Virus record (IMG/VR): IMGVR_UViG_3300025598_002259
Coordinates: 5,876 to 69,875 of that record
DNA from: a virus
Length of the DNA: 64,000 bases
Strand: one strand, 5' to 3'
Under the pieces are notes generated by a model. That model was not told where the DNA came from. It searched no databases and was given only the letters and a program-made list of their open reading frames with translations. Position 1 is the first letter of the stretch, and the number at the start of each line of letters is the position of its first letter. Positions 1-10,777 of the stretch are shown here, piece after piece. Position numbers and translations under genes: made by a program.

Positions 1-312
1 AAAATTATTGCTAGTTAGTACAAAGTCATCGTTTTGATGCCAAAAATATTTGTAAAATGTAGTAGAAGTTAGCCAACGTAATGCTGCTAAATTTTTAGCA
101 TGTATCCAGAAACTTGTACTATTATTTTTTAAAAATTCTTCTTTAATTAAATATTGTGGATTATCGTGTCCTAACCATAGTTCGGAGTTAATAATCCATA
201 AGTCAATTTCACAATCAAATCCTTGTTCGATTGCTTTTAAGAGCTGTTCAGGGTTGTTCTCAATATTTTTATCAGGACCTTGAGTAAGACCTCTATGTGC
301 TATTAGTTTCAT
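1..312 (-). CDS. GDPD/PLC-like phosphodiesterase-domain protein (3' part outside window)
   Basis: Manual translation from ATG 312: MKLIAHRGLTQGPDKNIENNPEQL..., with IAHRG and EN motifs of the GDPD-like fold; not in ORF track. Confidence 0.7.
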   Translation of the reverse strand, partial: MKLIAHRGLTQGPDKNIENNPEQLLKAIEQGFDCEIDLWIINSELWLGHDNPQYLIKEEFLKNNSTSFWIHAKNLAALRWLTSTTFYKYFWHQNDDFVLTSNNF

Positions 313-316
313 AAAT

Positions 317-1450
317 TTAAATAAACTTTGTCGATGGGTTAATAGATAATAGCCCTTCTTTAACTTCGTTCGTATAAGAACTTAACCTAATTAATACTAT
401 CGGGCTTTCCAATCCTTTTAAACATTCTGGGGATTTTACGACTAGATTAGTTCCATATAATCTTTTATTTTGCTTTGTAGGATCATTGTCGAGGATATTT
501 ATTATTTGAGATTCTTGCAAACCTAAATTTAACAGAACTTGAGATTGTATATGCGCTCCAAACAAATAAAAATTAGAATTCTTAATTTGATTTACTATTG
601 ACGTATAATCGTCGAGTAGATCGTTAATATAATTAGTATATAATATTTTAGGATAATCAAAGTATATATTATCTATCGATACTGTGTTTTTTATTTTTTT
701 ACAGTGTATAAAAATAGAATGAGTTTCGATGATTTTTTCTACAACTTCAAATCCGGTTTCGTTAAGTAAATATTCTAAAATCCGATCATCTACAAAAAAA
801 GTATGTTCAAAATAAAAAGTGTTAGCAAACCCTTGTTCTGCCCAATATTTCATATTAGGTAGTGTTAGAAAGTGATTACCGTTATCAACAAGCATGCTAT
901 TAATTTTATTTAAAAAATTAATCGGATTATATATATGTTCAAAAACATGAGAATGCACTATAGTATCATATTTTTGATCAGTAAAAAAATCTTCGAAAAA
1001 ATTAGAAACATATGTTACACGAAAATCTTTTAAATCTTGATTAGCAGTTGGATCTACAGATGTGTAATTAAATTTTTTATTACAGGATAAAAAATGATGC
1101 AAAAGATTGCCAGTTCCTCCACCTATTTCTAGAATGTTTTGATAATCATGTTTAGAAATAAATTCATAAAATTTTCTATGATGTTTTTTCCATGTTTTTC
1201 CTACTGTCCCGGCATTATGATAATGTCTATAAAGTATCGATGGATCTATTAAATTAAGTAATTGAACATTTCCGGAACTTTTAGAATAGCCCCAATTCAT
1301 ATCGCAAAATAAATCTTCTGTATTATCAGATAAATCAACGCATCCTGCATATATTGGAAAATTTTTAAAAGAATATAATAATTCTAAATCTTTTGATCCT
1401 GTTAGAACACATTCCGATCTCGGAACAACTTTTAATGCATCTAGAATCAT
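317..1450 (-). CDS. SAM-dependent methyltransferase (NDP-sugar C-methyltransferase-like)
   Basis: LEIGGGTG motif I, HVFEH, YFEH, and C-terminal FGA..ILDND..KQ domain. Confidence 0.75.
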   Translation of the reverse strand: MILDALKVVPRSECVLTGSKDLELLYSFKNFPIYAGCVDLSDNTEDLFCDMNWGYSKSSGNVQLLNLIDPSILYRHYHNAGTVGKTWKKHHRKFYEFISKHDYQNILEIGGGTGNLLHHFLSCNKKFNYTSVDPTANQDLKDFRVTYVSNFFEDFFTDQKYDTIVHSHVFEHIYNPINFLNKINSMLVDNGNHFLTLPNMKYWAEQGFANTFYFEHTFFVDDRILEYLLNETGFEVVEKIIETHSIFIHCKKIKNTVSIDNIYFDYPKILYTNYINDLLDDYTSIVNQIKNSNFYLFGAHIQSQVLLNLGLQESQIINILDNDPTKQNKRLYGTNLVVKSPECLKGLESPIVLIRLSSYTNEVKEGLLSINPSTKFI

Positions 1451-2826
1451 TTTTCTAATGTTCCTTTTGAGAGAAAATAATTTAGATCCTCAGGAGTTCC
1501 GATTCCCCACATTTGTTTAACTTCTTTAATTCGGAATTTCTTTCTATCAGATATTGCTTCGTTGAATACTGGACATACATAGAATTCATTATTAACTCTA
1601 ATATTTTTATCGATCATTTGTTCGGCATACTTAACATAGTCAGAACCTTTTTTCCAATAATAGATGCCTACAGTGGCGTTGTTACTAATCACTTTCTTTT
1701 CAGCAACTTCAACAACAAACCCGTCGTCTCCTAATCGAGCATAAGACCATTTCGGATGATGAGCATCAAATGTTAAAATTCCTCCATCTATATCATCAGC
1801 ACTAAAAGCATACATGCATTCATTACTATTCCAATCAACATATTGATCACTATTAGCAATTACTAATGGCTCCCCATTATTAATAAATTCTTTAGCTAAT
1901 AATGTAGTACATGCCGCTCCTTCAGTAATCCCATCCACTTGCACAATATCGCAATTAGGTGAAATTAAATTTAAAAGATATTTTAGATTGTATTTTTCGT
2001 AGTGATCTTTTTGTACTATAAAGATATAATGAGCTTCTATATTGAGATTGTTTACTACAACCTCAATCATAGGTTTTCCTCCAACTTCAATTAACGGCTT
2101 AGGAAATGTATAACCTGCTTGTGCAAATCGGCTACCTGCACCTGCCATTGGAATTAACACGTTCATTTTTTTATTTCTCCAAGGAATCTTTTTGTAGGTT
2201 ACTCCGTTTAAAATATCTATTGCTTCAGTTATTTTATCTTCGGTTAAATCGAAAGTATCTTTTACAGGCAATAAATGTGCTCCGCTATCTAATGCACCTT
2301 GCCTACCAATATGACTATCTTCAATAATTACAGTATTTTTAGGTAAGCAATTTAATGCGGTCATACATTTCCAATACATTTCCGGAAATGGTTTAGTTCT
2401 TTTTACGTCTTCATTGCTAACAAAATAATCTACATAAGATAAAACTCCGATACTAAGTAACGATAATTTAACTGTTTCCCTAATACTATTACTGGCAACA
2501 GCAATTTTAATACCTTGTTGAGAAATTTCAGAGAACATCTTAATCAACTTGTCATCTTTAGAAAAATTACGTATAAGATCGAATGTAGATATTTGTTTAT
2601 CTTTCCATATTTGATCAAAGTATTGTCTATCTAATCCTTTATTTTCAGATAGTAATTCTAATTTACGTGTAGTATTAAGACCATCATATGTGCTTAAATG
2701 TTCTTCTCGAGTAATAACATACTTCGTATCAATTTTTTCTAAGGCAGCATTAAGCGCATTATAGTGTAATTCTCTACTTTCGATCAAGACTCCGTCTAAA
2801 TCGAATATTATTAACTTATTTGTCAT
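1447..2826 (-). CDS. HAD phosphatase fused to sugar nucleotidyltransferase
   Basis: N-terminal FDLDGVL/KP.P/IEDS HAD motifs; C-terminal IPMAGAGSRF..PKPLI NTP-transferase motif. Confidence 0.85.
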   Translation of the reverse strand: MTNKLIIFDLDGVLIESRELHYNALNAALEKIDTKYVITREEHLSTYDGLNTTRKLELLSENKGLDRQYFDQIWKDKQISTFDLIRNFSKDDKLIKMFSEISQQGIKIAVASNSIRETVKLSLLSIGVLSYVDYFVSNEDVKRTKPFPEMYWKCMTALNCLPKNTVIIEDSHIGRQGALDSGAHLLPVKDTFDLTEDKITEAIDILNGVTYKKIPWRNKKMNVLIPMAGAGSRFAQAGYTFPKPLIEVGGKPMIEVVVNNLNIEAHYIFIVQKDHYEKYNLKYLLNLISPNCDIVQVDGITEGAACTTLLAKEFINNGEPLVIANSDQYVDWNSNECMYAFSADDIDGGILTFDAHHPKWSYARLGDDGFVVEVAEKKVISNNATVGIYYWKKGSDYVKYAEQMIDKNIRVNNEFYVCPVFNEAISDRKKFRIKEVKQMWGIGTPEDLNYFLSKGTLEK

Positions 2827-2904
2827 GATTTATCTTTATAAATTCTTTATAAATTTTATTTATTATTATAGTAGCATATAATAAATAATTAGAAATAAGG
2901 TAAT

Positions 2905-3633
2905 ATGCACATGTCTTTAGATATAACTTTAGTGATAACTAGCTGCGGTAGGCAAGATCTTTTATCAGAAACAGTGAAATCATTCGAGCAATATGCTCCT
3001 AATACATTAAGTGAGGTTATTATTGTAGAAGATAGTCCTATAGATAATAGTTTTGTCAAAGGATTAATGCCTTCTGTTCCATCATTTAATTTTTTAAATA
3101 GTCCGGTTACAAGAAGAGGACAATTATTAAATATCGAATGGGCATATAGTCAGGTAAAAACCAAATATATATTTCATTGCGAAGATGATTGGAGATTTAC
3201 TGCTCCTAAGTTTGTTGAAGATAGTTATAGAATTTTAGAATATTTTCCAGATTGTCTATTAGTACATTTAAGAAGTCATAAGGATCAATGGCAAGTTGAT
3301 TTTAATAGAAGTTGGATCGAGGACGGAGAACATAAATTCATTGATGATCAAGGAGAACTTTCGTATTGGAGAGTTCGCCCGTGGATACAGCATGATGGCG
3401 GGTTTGGATTTACTTTTAATCCCGGACTTCGAAGATTATCTGATTATCAACGAGTAGGAGGATTAACTACTCCTATTGCGACTAGATACGGGCCTTTTTT
3501 TAATAAAAAAGATGGGTGTTTAGTAGAAAGAACACATGCTGAAAATTATCAAAGATTAGGTATGTGGTGTGCTAGTTTAGAACCTGAAGGAAGAGTCGAA
3601 CACATTGGGTGGCATCGACATATCCCAACATAA
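2905..3633 (+). CDS. GT2/GT-A glycosyltransferase
   Basis: VITSCGR, IIVED, FHCEDDW, HIG motifs. Confidence 0.7.
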   Translation: MHMSLDITLVITSCGRQDLLSETVKSFEQYAPNTLSEVIIVEDSPIDNSFVKGLMPSVPSFNFLNSPVTRRGQLLNIEWAYSQVKTKYIFHCEDDWRFTAPKFVEDSYRILEYFPDCLLVHLRSHKDQWQVDFNRSWIEDGEHKFIDDQGELSYWRVRPWIQHDGGFGFTFNPGLRRLSDYQRVGGLTTPIATRYGPFFNKKDGCLVERTHAENYQRLGMWCASLEPEGRVEHIGWHRHIPT

Positions 3634-3644
3634 GGAATTTTATC

Positions 3645-4328
3645 GTGGATTTGAAATTATTTTATCATGTAACAGATCTCCCTGGTTGGGAAGATATTAC
3701 TAATGAACAATTAGCTCGGGTAAAAAATAGCGGACTATTAGATAATTGCGAGCTACATATTAATTTGCATTTTAATCCGAATAGCTTTGATCAATTAAGA
3801 AAAGAATGGAACCAGTATTCAAATATTGTTTGGTATTATTCTAAATATCAAAAAGAAGATTGGGAATTACCAACTTATGTCTTGATGCAACAAACAGCAT
3901 TAAACACTGATAAAGAATTTTATGCTTTATATTTTAAACAAAAAGCTATTAATTATTATGAAAGGCAATGCGGTAAGGATTGGCGTAGACTGTTAGATTG
4001 GTTTTTAATAGACAATTGGCGTCATATGGTTGATAAATTAGACGAAGGAAATTATGATGTTGTAGGAATTAATAGAAAAGTCGATCACTGGGCAGGAAGT
4101 AGTGCTTGGTGTACTGCTAGTTTTTTACGTAAATGCCGCCCGATATTAGGCGTCGGAGCAGATGTTGGATATAAATCTCAATTAGGCAGAGATTCTTATA
4201 AACACGATGTAGAGTATTACTTTGCATGGAATAACGATCGATATTATTCGTTTTTTGATAGTGGAAACACTAATCATTATATTGACGAATTTCCTGAAGA
4301 AATATACAATAGCTTTTTTAAGAAATAA
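3645..4328 (+). CDS. hypothetical protein, probably glycan-modifying
   Basis: ORF 3609..4328; GTG at 3645 after AAGGA is the likelier start; LYF.xK motif and island context. Confidence 0.45.
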   Translation: MDLKLFYHVTDLPGWEDITNEQLARVKNSGLLDNCELHINLHFNPNSFDQLRKEWNQYSNIVWYYSKYQKEDWELPTYVLMQQTALNTDKEFYALYFKQKAINYYERQCGKDWRRLLDWFLIDNWRHMVDKLDEGNYDVVGINRKVDHWAGSSAWCTASFLRKCRPILGVGADVGYKSQLGRDSYKHDVEYYFAWNNDRYYSFFDSGNTNHYIDEFPEEIYNSFFKK

Positions 4329-4329
4329 T

Positions 4330-5034
4330 ATGAAAATTTATTATAGATTTAGTTTTAATAATATGGCCGACCATAAAGGTAATACTAGGCAATCTCCTAA
4401 TAGACCTCAGTGGTTTGATAAATGGAAATGTCTTGCTAACTTTTTAAATGTTTTTTCTTCGCATGATATCACAATAGTTGCTGATAGCATCGACGATTCT
4501 ACATGGAATCGTCTTAATTCTTTAAATCTCAAAACTGAAAGAACTAATTTCGGCTCAAATGCAGGTTCTTTTTTATATTCTTTAGAAAAATCTATTAAAT
4601 TACCTGAAGATACAAAAGTTTACTTTGTAGAAGATGATTATTTACACCACGAAGGTGCTGATATTATTTTAGAGCAAGGTTTAGAATTATCAGCATATGT
4701 TAGTTTATATGACCATCCTGACAAATATTGGAATGAAAACGCATCTCAACTATGTAAATTAATAATGAGTGAAGATTGCCATTGGAGAACTACAGGATCA
4801 ACTACTATGACTTTTGGTAGTTATTCTAAATTTTTAAAAGAAGATTATTTAATTTTTAAAAAATGGTGTGGCGGGAATGATAAATGGACTCACGACTTTC
4901 AATTATTCTCTGAGTTAAGCGTAAAAAGAGGACTTATCACTCCGATTCCGGGGTATTCTACCACGTTAGATAATTGGGTTATTTCTAAAATGGTAGATTG
5001 GGAAGCAGTTCAAAATAGAACATCTCAATTATAA
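4330..5034 (+). CDS. GT-A-fold glycosyltransferase-like protein
   Basis: YFVEDDYLH motif; start reassigned to MKIYYR (4330); related to 8481..9263. Confidence 0.6.
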   Translation: MKIYYRFSFNNMADHKGNTRQSPNRPQWFDKWKCLANFLNVFSSHDITIVADSIDDSTWNRLNSLNLKTERTNFGSNAGSFLYSLEKSIKLPEDTKVYFVEDDYLHHEGADIILEQGLELSAYVSLYDHPDKYWNENASQLCKLIMSEDCHWRTTGSTTMTFGSYSKFLKEDYLIFKKWCGGNDKWTHDFQLFSELSVKRGLITPIPGYSTTLDNWVISKMVDWEAVQNRTSQL

Positions 5035-5978
5035 GAATTCATTGTATCGATGAATTGCATAGCAAGAGCATCAGTGGTGCAATATTTTCTAAAATGATCT
5101 TGTATTTGATCGTTTAAATTAAACCATTTATCAAACCCTGTACCTTCTTTAAACCATTCAACTCCGTTATGGTTAACAAGACTAAGAGCTTCTTTTAATT
5201 GCTCTTTAGGTAAAGTTTTCATTATATTTTCCGGACATTGATTTATATCTAAAAATAATGGAATGCAGTTATTGGCCATAATTTCATAATGCCTTAAACA
5301 ATCCCATCCATTCTTCTTCATTGTAATGCCGAATAAACTGTTTGCATATTGTTCGTAGTAAGGTCTTTCTTCTTTATAGATATAGCTAGAAGGATTTCTC
5401 GGATCCATAGGAGCAATGAATTCGCTCTTCTCTCTATAAACTGTTCCTATTTTTTCTCTAGGTATTGCAAAACTAATCGGGTGTAGACCAGGCGTTGACT
5501 CGTATAATTCTCTTTTAAAATATATACATTTGTCTATTAAATTAGGTTTAAGGTCTGACCAAAGATCTCCTCCATCAATATACGCTATTTTATTTTTAGG
5601 ATAATGATTAGTCACTAATTCCCAAGATCCGGGTCTTAACCCGTAGTGTGTATAACCAAAAACTATAAAATCGTAATATTGATTACGTATCTTTGTTTCT
5701 ATATCTGTACGATCTACATCCTTATCACTACCTATACTTCGATAAATGCTAAAAGATTGATGACCGTACAATTTTGGATCTCTTTTTCCTGGACCGAAAT
5801 CTTCATAATACATCCACCAAGCTCTTTCATATTCTACAATGTCATTTCCGAACTTATTACGTAACCCGTGTAATAACATATCAGTAAGGTAACAAGAGCC
5901 TCCAGACAATCCTTCAGGATAAGTACCTCTAGGTGTTTGGGGCTCTCTAAGTATTAAAATCTTCATTATTATAACCAC
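5025..5978 (-). CDS. putative glycosyltransferase (GT-B-like)
   Basis: YFKREL and GWDCLRHYEIMANNCIP motifs resemble a GT-B C-terminal sugar-nucleotide site. Confidence 0.5.
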   Translation of the reverse strand: MVIIMKILILREPQTPRGTYPEGLSGGSCYLTDMLLHGLRNKFGNDIVEYERAWWMYYEDFGPGKRDPKLYGHQSFSIYRSIGSDKDVDRTDIETKIRNQYYDFIVFGYTHYGLRPGSWELVTNHYPKNKIAYIDGGDLWSDLKPNLIDKCIYFKRELYESTPGLHPISFAIPREKIGTVYREKSEFIAPMDPRNPSSYIYKEERPYYEQYANSLFGITMKKNGWDCLRHYEIMANNCIPLFLDINQCPENIMKTLPKEQLKEALSLVNHNGVEWFKEGTGFDKWFNLNDQIQDHFRKYCTTDALAMQFIDTMNSYN

Positions 5979-6820
5979 TCTGTAGGTTCGAGAATCTCAT
6001 AATTCCAATAATCTTGTACTACTTTTCCTGAATCAGGTAAAATTAAAGTTGAATACTTTTGTTTATTTTCTAACAGAAATTTAGGAAAATAGTTATCTAA
6101 ATTAACTGCACACCATGTAACATTTTCCGGTCTGAAATGGTCTCTTCCTTCTTTAATATGTTTTTCAATATTAATATTTTCAGTAATATGAGGTTGGTTT
6201 ATTTCAGTATGGCTAAAACTTTGTATTTTATTTTTAACAAACTGTTCGTCTCCTGCCCATCCAAAATGCCATCCAGCGTGATGTAATGCTATAGTTTTTG
6301 ATTTTCCAGGAAGTTCTTTACTATACCTTATGTGATCTATATTAGTATTGGGAATTCCCCGAAAAGCTCTCCCCCATACTTTATAATGCCAATTAGGTTT
6401 AGTGTCTAGGTAATTAAATTTAAAATAAAATACAGGCATAAGAAGCCCGTATAAATCATAATCAGTGTTCTTAATATAATCAAAAGTTTCTGGTCTTATA
6501 ATTTCATCTACATCGGTAAGAGTAATAATATCTTCTGATGTTGCATCTTTTAACCCATTTATTATTTGATTACGTTGCCAAGTTTCATTATGCCACGGAT
6601 TAGAATACCTTAAGCTATGAGCTTTAATATAAACTATTTTATCTTCCCATTTTTTAAATCTATCCCAATTTAATTCTAAATTAAAATCTTTAGGTCTATT
6701 TGTAAAAGTATGATCCGCTTCTACTATTACAAATTTATCGACATAATCATATAGAGTTGCTAAACGTAGTTCTAGCATGTCTATTTCATTATAGAATATA
6801 AAACAATCGAAGATTTTCAT
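5969..6820 (-). CDS. GT17-family (MGAT3-like) glycosyltransferase
   Basis: DCFIFYNEIDMLELRL, DVDEI, GWHF.W, KIQSFSH motifs. Confidence 0.85.
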   Translation of the reverse strand: MKIFDCFIFYNEIDMLELRLATLYDYVDKFVIVEADHTFTNRPKDFNLELNWDRFKKWEDKIVYIKAHSLRYSNPWHNETWQRNQIINGLKDATSEDIITLTDVDEIIRPETFDYIKNTDYDLYGLLMPVFYFKFNYLDTKPNWHYKVWGRAFRGIPNTNIDHIRYSKELPGKSKTIALHHAGWHFGWAGDEQFVKNKIQSFSHTEINQPHITENINIEKHIKEGRDHFRPENVTWCAVNLDNYFPKFLLENKQKYSTLILPDSGKVVQDYWNYEILEPTEWL

Positions 6821-7665
6821 TTTTGATCCTTAATATCTAATATATTACCCGGAATATAACTAGATACCGTTTCTTCCGGATCTGGTAAAATAAATTGACT
6901 AAACTTTTCTTTATTATCTAATAGATACTTTGGAAAATATCCATCTAGTTTAACAGGTCTCCAAAAAGACCCAGGTCTTATATGATCAGTGCCTGCGGCA
7001 ATATGTTTATCAATATCAATACTATTTAAAATAGGAGGAATATTTAATTCGGAATGACTGAAACTTCCTAATTTATTTTTAACAAATTTTTCATCTCCAA
7101 TCCACCCAAAATGCCATCCAGCATGCTCTAACCATACAGATTCTTTACCAGGAACTCCGTCTGAATATCGCATATCGTTATGATTACTCTTCCAACCTCT
7201 AAACGCTTTCCCCCACGGAGCGTAATGACCCCCGACTGGTCTAGTATCTATATAATTAAATTTGAAGTAAGCTCCTAATAACCATAATTTATAAAATCCA
7301 TAATCTGTATTTCTCATGAACTCTATAGCTTCAGGTCTTACAATTTCGTCTAAATCAGTGACAATTATTACGTCATCTTTCTCAACATGATCCCAAACCT
7401 TACTAAATTGCTCTCTCTGCCACTGTTCATTATCCCAAGGATTAGGCCAATTTGGACAGTTTTCAGTTTTAATATATGTAATTTTGTCTAGCCAAGGAGC
7501 ATATCTATCTTTATGTTTTTCAAAATTAAAACCTTTATATACTCCCGAATATGTTCGATCGCCTTCGACGATAATAAATTCATCTACATGATCATACATA
7601 GTACCTAATCTTAATTCTAAAACATCGTATTCATTCCAAAAAGGAATACTGTCAATGATTTTCAT
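6817..7665 (-). CDS. GT17-family glycosyltransferase, paralog 2
   Basis: NEYDVLELRL, DLDEI, GWHFGW, KLGSFSH; colinear with 5969..6820. Confidence 0.85.
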   Translation of the reverse strand: MKIIDSIPFWNEYDVLELRLGTMYDHVDEFIIVEGDRTYSGVYKGFNFEKHKDRYAPWLDKITYIKTENCPNWPNPWDNEQWQREQFSKVWDHVEKDDVIIVTDLDEIVRPEAIEFMRNTDYGFYKLWLLGAYFKFNYIDTRPVGGHYAPWGKAFRGWKSNHNDMRYSDGVPGKESVWLEHAGWHFGWIGDEKFVKNKLGSFSHSELNIPPILNSIDIDKHIAAGTDHIRPGSFWRPVKLDGYFPKYLLDNKEKFSQFILPDPEETVSSYIPGNILDIKDQK

Positions 7666-8488
7666 TTATAAAATTTCCTATTTTATTTTTTAAATTAACG
7701 AGATATTCTGTCCACCAAGTATAAGTAGAAATTCTTAAATTTTCTAAAGAATTTAAATCCTTCATTAAATCATTTATTAATTGAGGAGCGTGAGCCCAAT
7801 CATCGATCATCAACAAAGGATTAGGACCAAATAACTTTTCCCAATAAGGATCACTTTCTACAATAGGTATAGCCCCCATCTGCAAAGCTTCTGTTGTTCG
7901 AAAAGTGTCTTGATTAAAATTTCCTCTCGGAGATGGAACAAATATACTGTCATTATATAATTCAGCCATTTGAGTAGGATTACAGGCATGTCCTAAAAAA
8001 GGACCCCATATTTGACCACTTTTTTTAAAATAAGACATTCCATTGGGAACGGTGCTCATATAATGCGCCATAGCAGGCCGAGTAGTTTTTTCAACGTGCC
8101 CAGTAAAACTCCAAACATATTTCCTATCATATACAGTTTTTACTTCAGTATTATAAGGATACATAATATTCCAACCTAAAGGAATAGTCATTACATTAGA
8201 AGTTTCTTCTATAAAATAATTTCTTAATACAAACTTTACCTTTGAATAAAAATTCCTTGAATCATTATAATATTCATCGCTAAGGTGAATTAGCCCAAGA
8301 TCATACCCAAACTTTTCTAAATATTCTTCTATTTTTACTGTAGAGTTAAAAACTACTATTCTGTTATCTATTTTTTTCTCGAATTTATAATCAGTAGTAG
8401 TTACGTGAGGAATGTCGTTGAATAAAAATTCAATCCAATCTCTCTCCCAAGAGTTATCTCGATCACATAACCATATAATATTAAACAT
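7652..8488 (-). CDS. exostosin/GT47-like glycosyltransferase
   Basis: WSFTG and SIFVPSPRG..DTFRTTEALQMGAIPIV motif. Confidence 0.65.
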   Translation of the reverse strand: MFNIIWLCDRDNSWERDWIEFLFNDIPHVTTTDYKFEKKIDNRIVVFNSTVKIEEYLEKFGYDLGLIHLSDEYYNDSRNFYSKVKFVLRNYFIEETSNVMTIPLGWNIMYPYNTEVKTVYDRKYVWSFTGHVEKTTRPAMAHYMSTVPNGMSYFKKSGQIWGPFLGHACNPTQMAELYNDSIFVPSPRGNFNQDTFRTTEALQMGAIPIVESDPYWEKLFGPNPLLMIDDWAHAPQLINDLMKDLNSLENLRISTYTWWTEYLVNLKNKIGNFINENH

Positions 8489-9263
8489 TATTTTTCCATA
8501 GAGCCGGAGTATTGTCCCAAAGATTATTAAAATCTAAATAAGGATCTTTACCTGATTCATCCATAATATGAAAAGCTAATCCAGGAATAGGACTAAACAA
8601 CATCACATCAGGTTTGTTCCAGACTAAATTAATTGATTGATTTTCAACCCAGTCAGCTTTACGTAATGTAAGATTTACTACATCTTTAAAATGATGTTCG
8701 TATTTTTTATAAATTAGCTTACTGGCCATACAAGTATATGTGGTATGCTTTACTGTTCTATAATGACGATAGGGCCCTAATAACAAGATGCTTTCGTATA
8801 TTTCAAATCGATATCTCCAAATGTCATCGTGGGGGTTGATTGCAACCATTTGACCGGTGTTACCTTCAAATTGATCTAAACTATCGATCATATCTTGGAT
8901 AGCTTCTGGTTTATGTAGATAATCATCTTCTACATGATACCAAAGATCATCGGCTTTTTTTTCTACTAAATCATAGACTAGCCCCATAGTATATCCATTT
9001 CCAGTACCGCCTGTTACATTTGTAAAATATGTTGGAAATTTACACTTGGATAAAATTTGTTTAATGTCTGAAATGCAAGATACAGAACTATTATCATCTA
9101 AAACAAATAATTCAACTTGATGTCCTTTAACCTGATTGATACTATTAATCAAACTGCTTACACAAACATTAATAATTTCCGGTTTTGTTGCATTTACAAA
9201 TCGTTTACCGTGGGCAGAAAATACACTTCCGCATGTTCTTAATATTATAGTTAATTTTCTCAT
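8481..9263 (-). CDS. GT-A-fold glycosyltransferase-like protein
   Basis: VLDDNS and YHVEDDYLH motifs. Confidence 0.6.
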   Translation of the reverse strand: MRKLTIILRTCGSVFSAHGKRFVNATKPEIINVCVSSLINSINQVKGHQVELFVLDDNSSVSCISDIKQILSKCKFPTYFTNVTGGTGNGYTMGLVYDLVEKKADDLWYHVEDDYLHKPEAIQDMIDSLDQFEGNTGQMVAINPHDDIWRYRFEIYESILLLGPYRHYRTVKHTTYTCMASKLIYKKYEHHFKDVVNLTLRKADWVENQSINLVWNKPDVMLFSPIPGLAFHIMDESGKDPYLDFNNLWDNTPALWKNNV

Positions 9264-9368
9264 TTTTATATTTTTCTTTATTATCTTTACTTATAGTTTT
9301 TAATATATTAAGTGCTTACTTTTTGAAGTAAGCTATAATTTTAAATAATAATATTAAGGATATCTTTT

Positions 9369-9650
9369 ATGGACCAATTTTTTAATCTAGTAGCACAATT
9401 AGGATTTCCAATTGCAGCAGCATGTGCAGGAGGTTATTTTGTATTTTTAACCTTAAAGTTTATTTTAGCAGGAGTAACCAGTAGTGTCAATGGAATGAAA
9501 GGCATTATTACTGCTCTCGATAATCGAGTTAAAACTATGAATCATGATGTTATTAGAATAGATACTATTGTTTCAAATGCACTCGGATTGCGACCAGATG
9601 TCGATAGAATCGCTAGAGCAGACGGAAAAAATGATGCTCGAAGAGATTAA
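9369..9650 (+). CDS. small membrane protein with coiled coil (GFPI motif, YvrJ-like)
   Basis: LGFPIAAA TM helix; paralog of 10973..11296. Confidence 0.6.
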   Translation: MDQFFNLVAQLGFPIAAACAGGYFVFLTLKFILAGVTSSVNGMKGIITALDNRVKTMNHDVIRIDTIVSNALGLRPDVDRIARADGKNDARRD

Positions 9651-9717
9651 TAACTCAGTGTAACAATTATTTAATATCCGCATATATAAATACTGATATA
9701 CCACCGCGAGATATCCC

Positions 9718-10776
9718 ATGACAAAAAAAGTTTTATTCATTCTCAAAAGACGAGATGATTATAATCCCATCTCTCATAGTCCTATAGGTCTAAGTACAGG
9801 ACTTTATAATTCAGCTAATTTTATGCATGAAATGTTACTTAGTGCAGGAATTAATTCTGCATTAGAAGTAGCAATAGATAATAACTGTATCGATCGTTTG
9901 GTAACAAAGCATCGACCTACTCATGTTATTATCGAAGCATTGTGGGTAGTTCCTAGTAAATTTGCAATACTTAATAAGTTACATCCTAAAGTTCGTTGGA
10001 TCGTAAGATTACATAGCGAAATGCCTTTTATGGCCGGTGAAGGAATGGCCATGAATTGGATCGGTGATTATGTGACATATAATAACATCGACATAGGAAT
10101 CAATGCTCCAAGGATGTTAGGCGAGATAAAGGAGTATTTGAAAGTGGCAAAAAATTGGTCCGACGATGAAACAAATCGAAGAATAATTTATATGCCTAAT
10201 TATTATCCGAATGATTATAAGATTAAAAAATATAGTCCTAACAAATACTGGATCAATGTAGCTTGTTTCGGAGCTGTTCGTCCTTTAAAAAATCATTTAT
10301 TACAAGCATTTGCTGCTTTAAAATTTGCTAATAAAATCAATCGTCAATTAAGATTTCATATTAATGGCGGGCGTATTGAAATGAAGGGCGATCCTGTAAT
10401 GAATAATCTTAAATCATTATTTCAACATTTAAGTGATCAAGGACACCAAATGATTATGCACGATTGGGCTCCTAGAGAAGAATTTTTAAAAATTTGTGCA
10501 GCAATGGATATTGGTATGCAATGCAATTTTAGTGAAACATTTAACATTGTAAGTGCAGACTTGATTAGTCAAGGTGTACCAATTATTGGATCTAAAGAAA
10601 TACCTTGGTCAACTAGGTTCTTTAATGCTGATCCTACAGATAGTGATAATATTGCGGATGTTATGTTACGAACACATCAGTATGCTTTTGTTAACGTTTG
10701 GAAAAATCAGAGAAATTTAGATAAGTATACACAAACAACCAAAGACATTTGGATTGATTATTTTAAAGGAGATTAA
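9718..10776 (+). CDS. GT4-like glycosyltransferase
   Basis: FGAVRPLKN and SETFNIVSADLISQGVPIIG GT-B motif; TATAAATA late promoter upstream. Confidence 0.65.
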   Translation: MTKKVLFILKRRDDYNPISHSPIGLSTGLYNSANFMHEMLLSAGINSALEVAIDNNCIDRLVTKHRPTHVIIEALWVVPSKFAILNKLHPKVRWIVRLHSEMPFMAGEGMAMNWIGDYVTYNNIDIGINAPRMLGEIKEYLKVAKNWSDDETNRRIIYMPNYYPNDYKIKKYSPNKYWINVACFGAVRPLKNHLLQAFAALKFANKINRQLRFHINGGRIEMKGDPVMNNLKSLFQHLSDQGHQMIMHDWAPREEFLKICAAMDIGMQCNFSETFNIVSADLISQGVPIIGSKEIPWSTRFFNADPTDSDNIADVMLRTHQYAFVNVWKNQRNLDKYTQTTKDIWIDYFKGD

Positions 10777-10777
10777 A

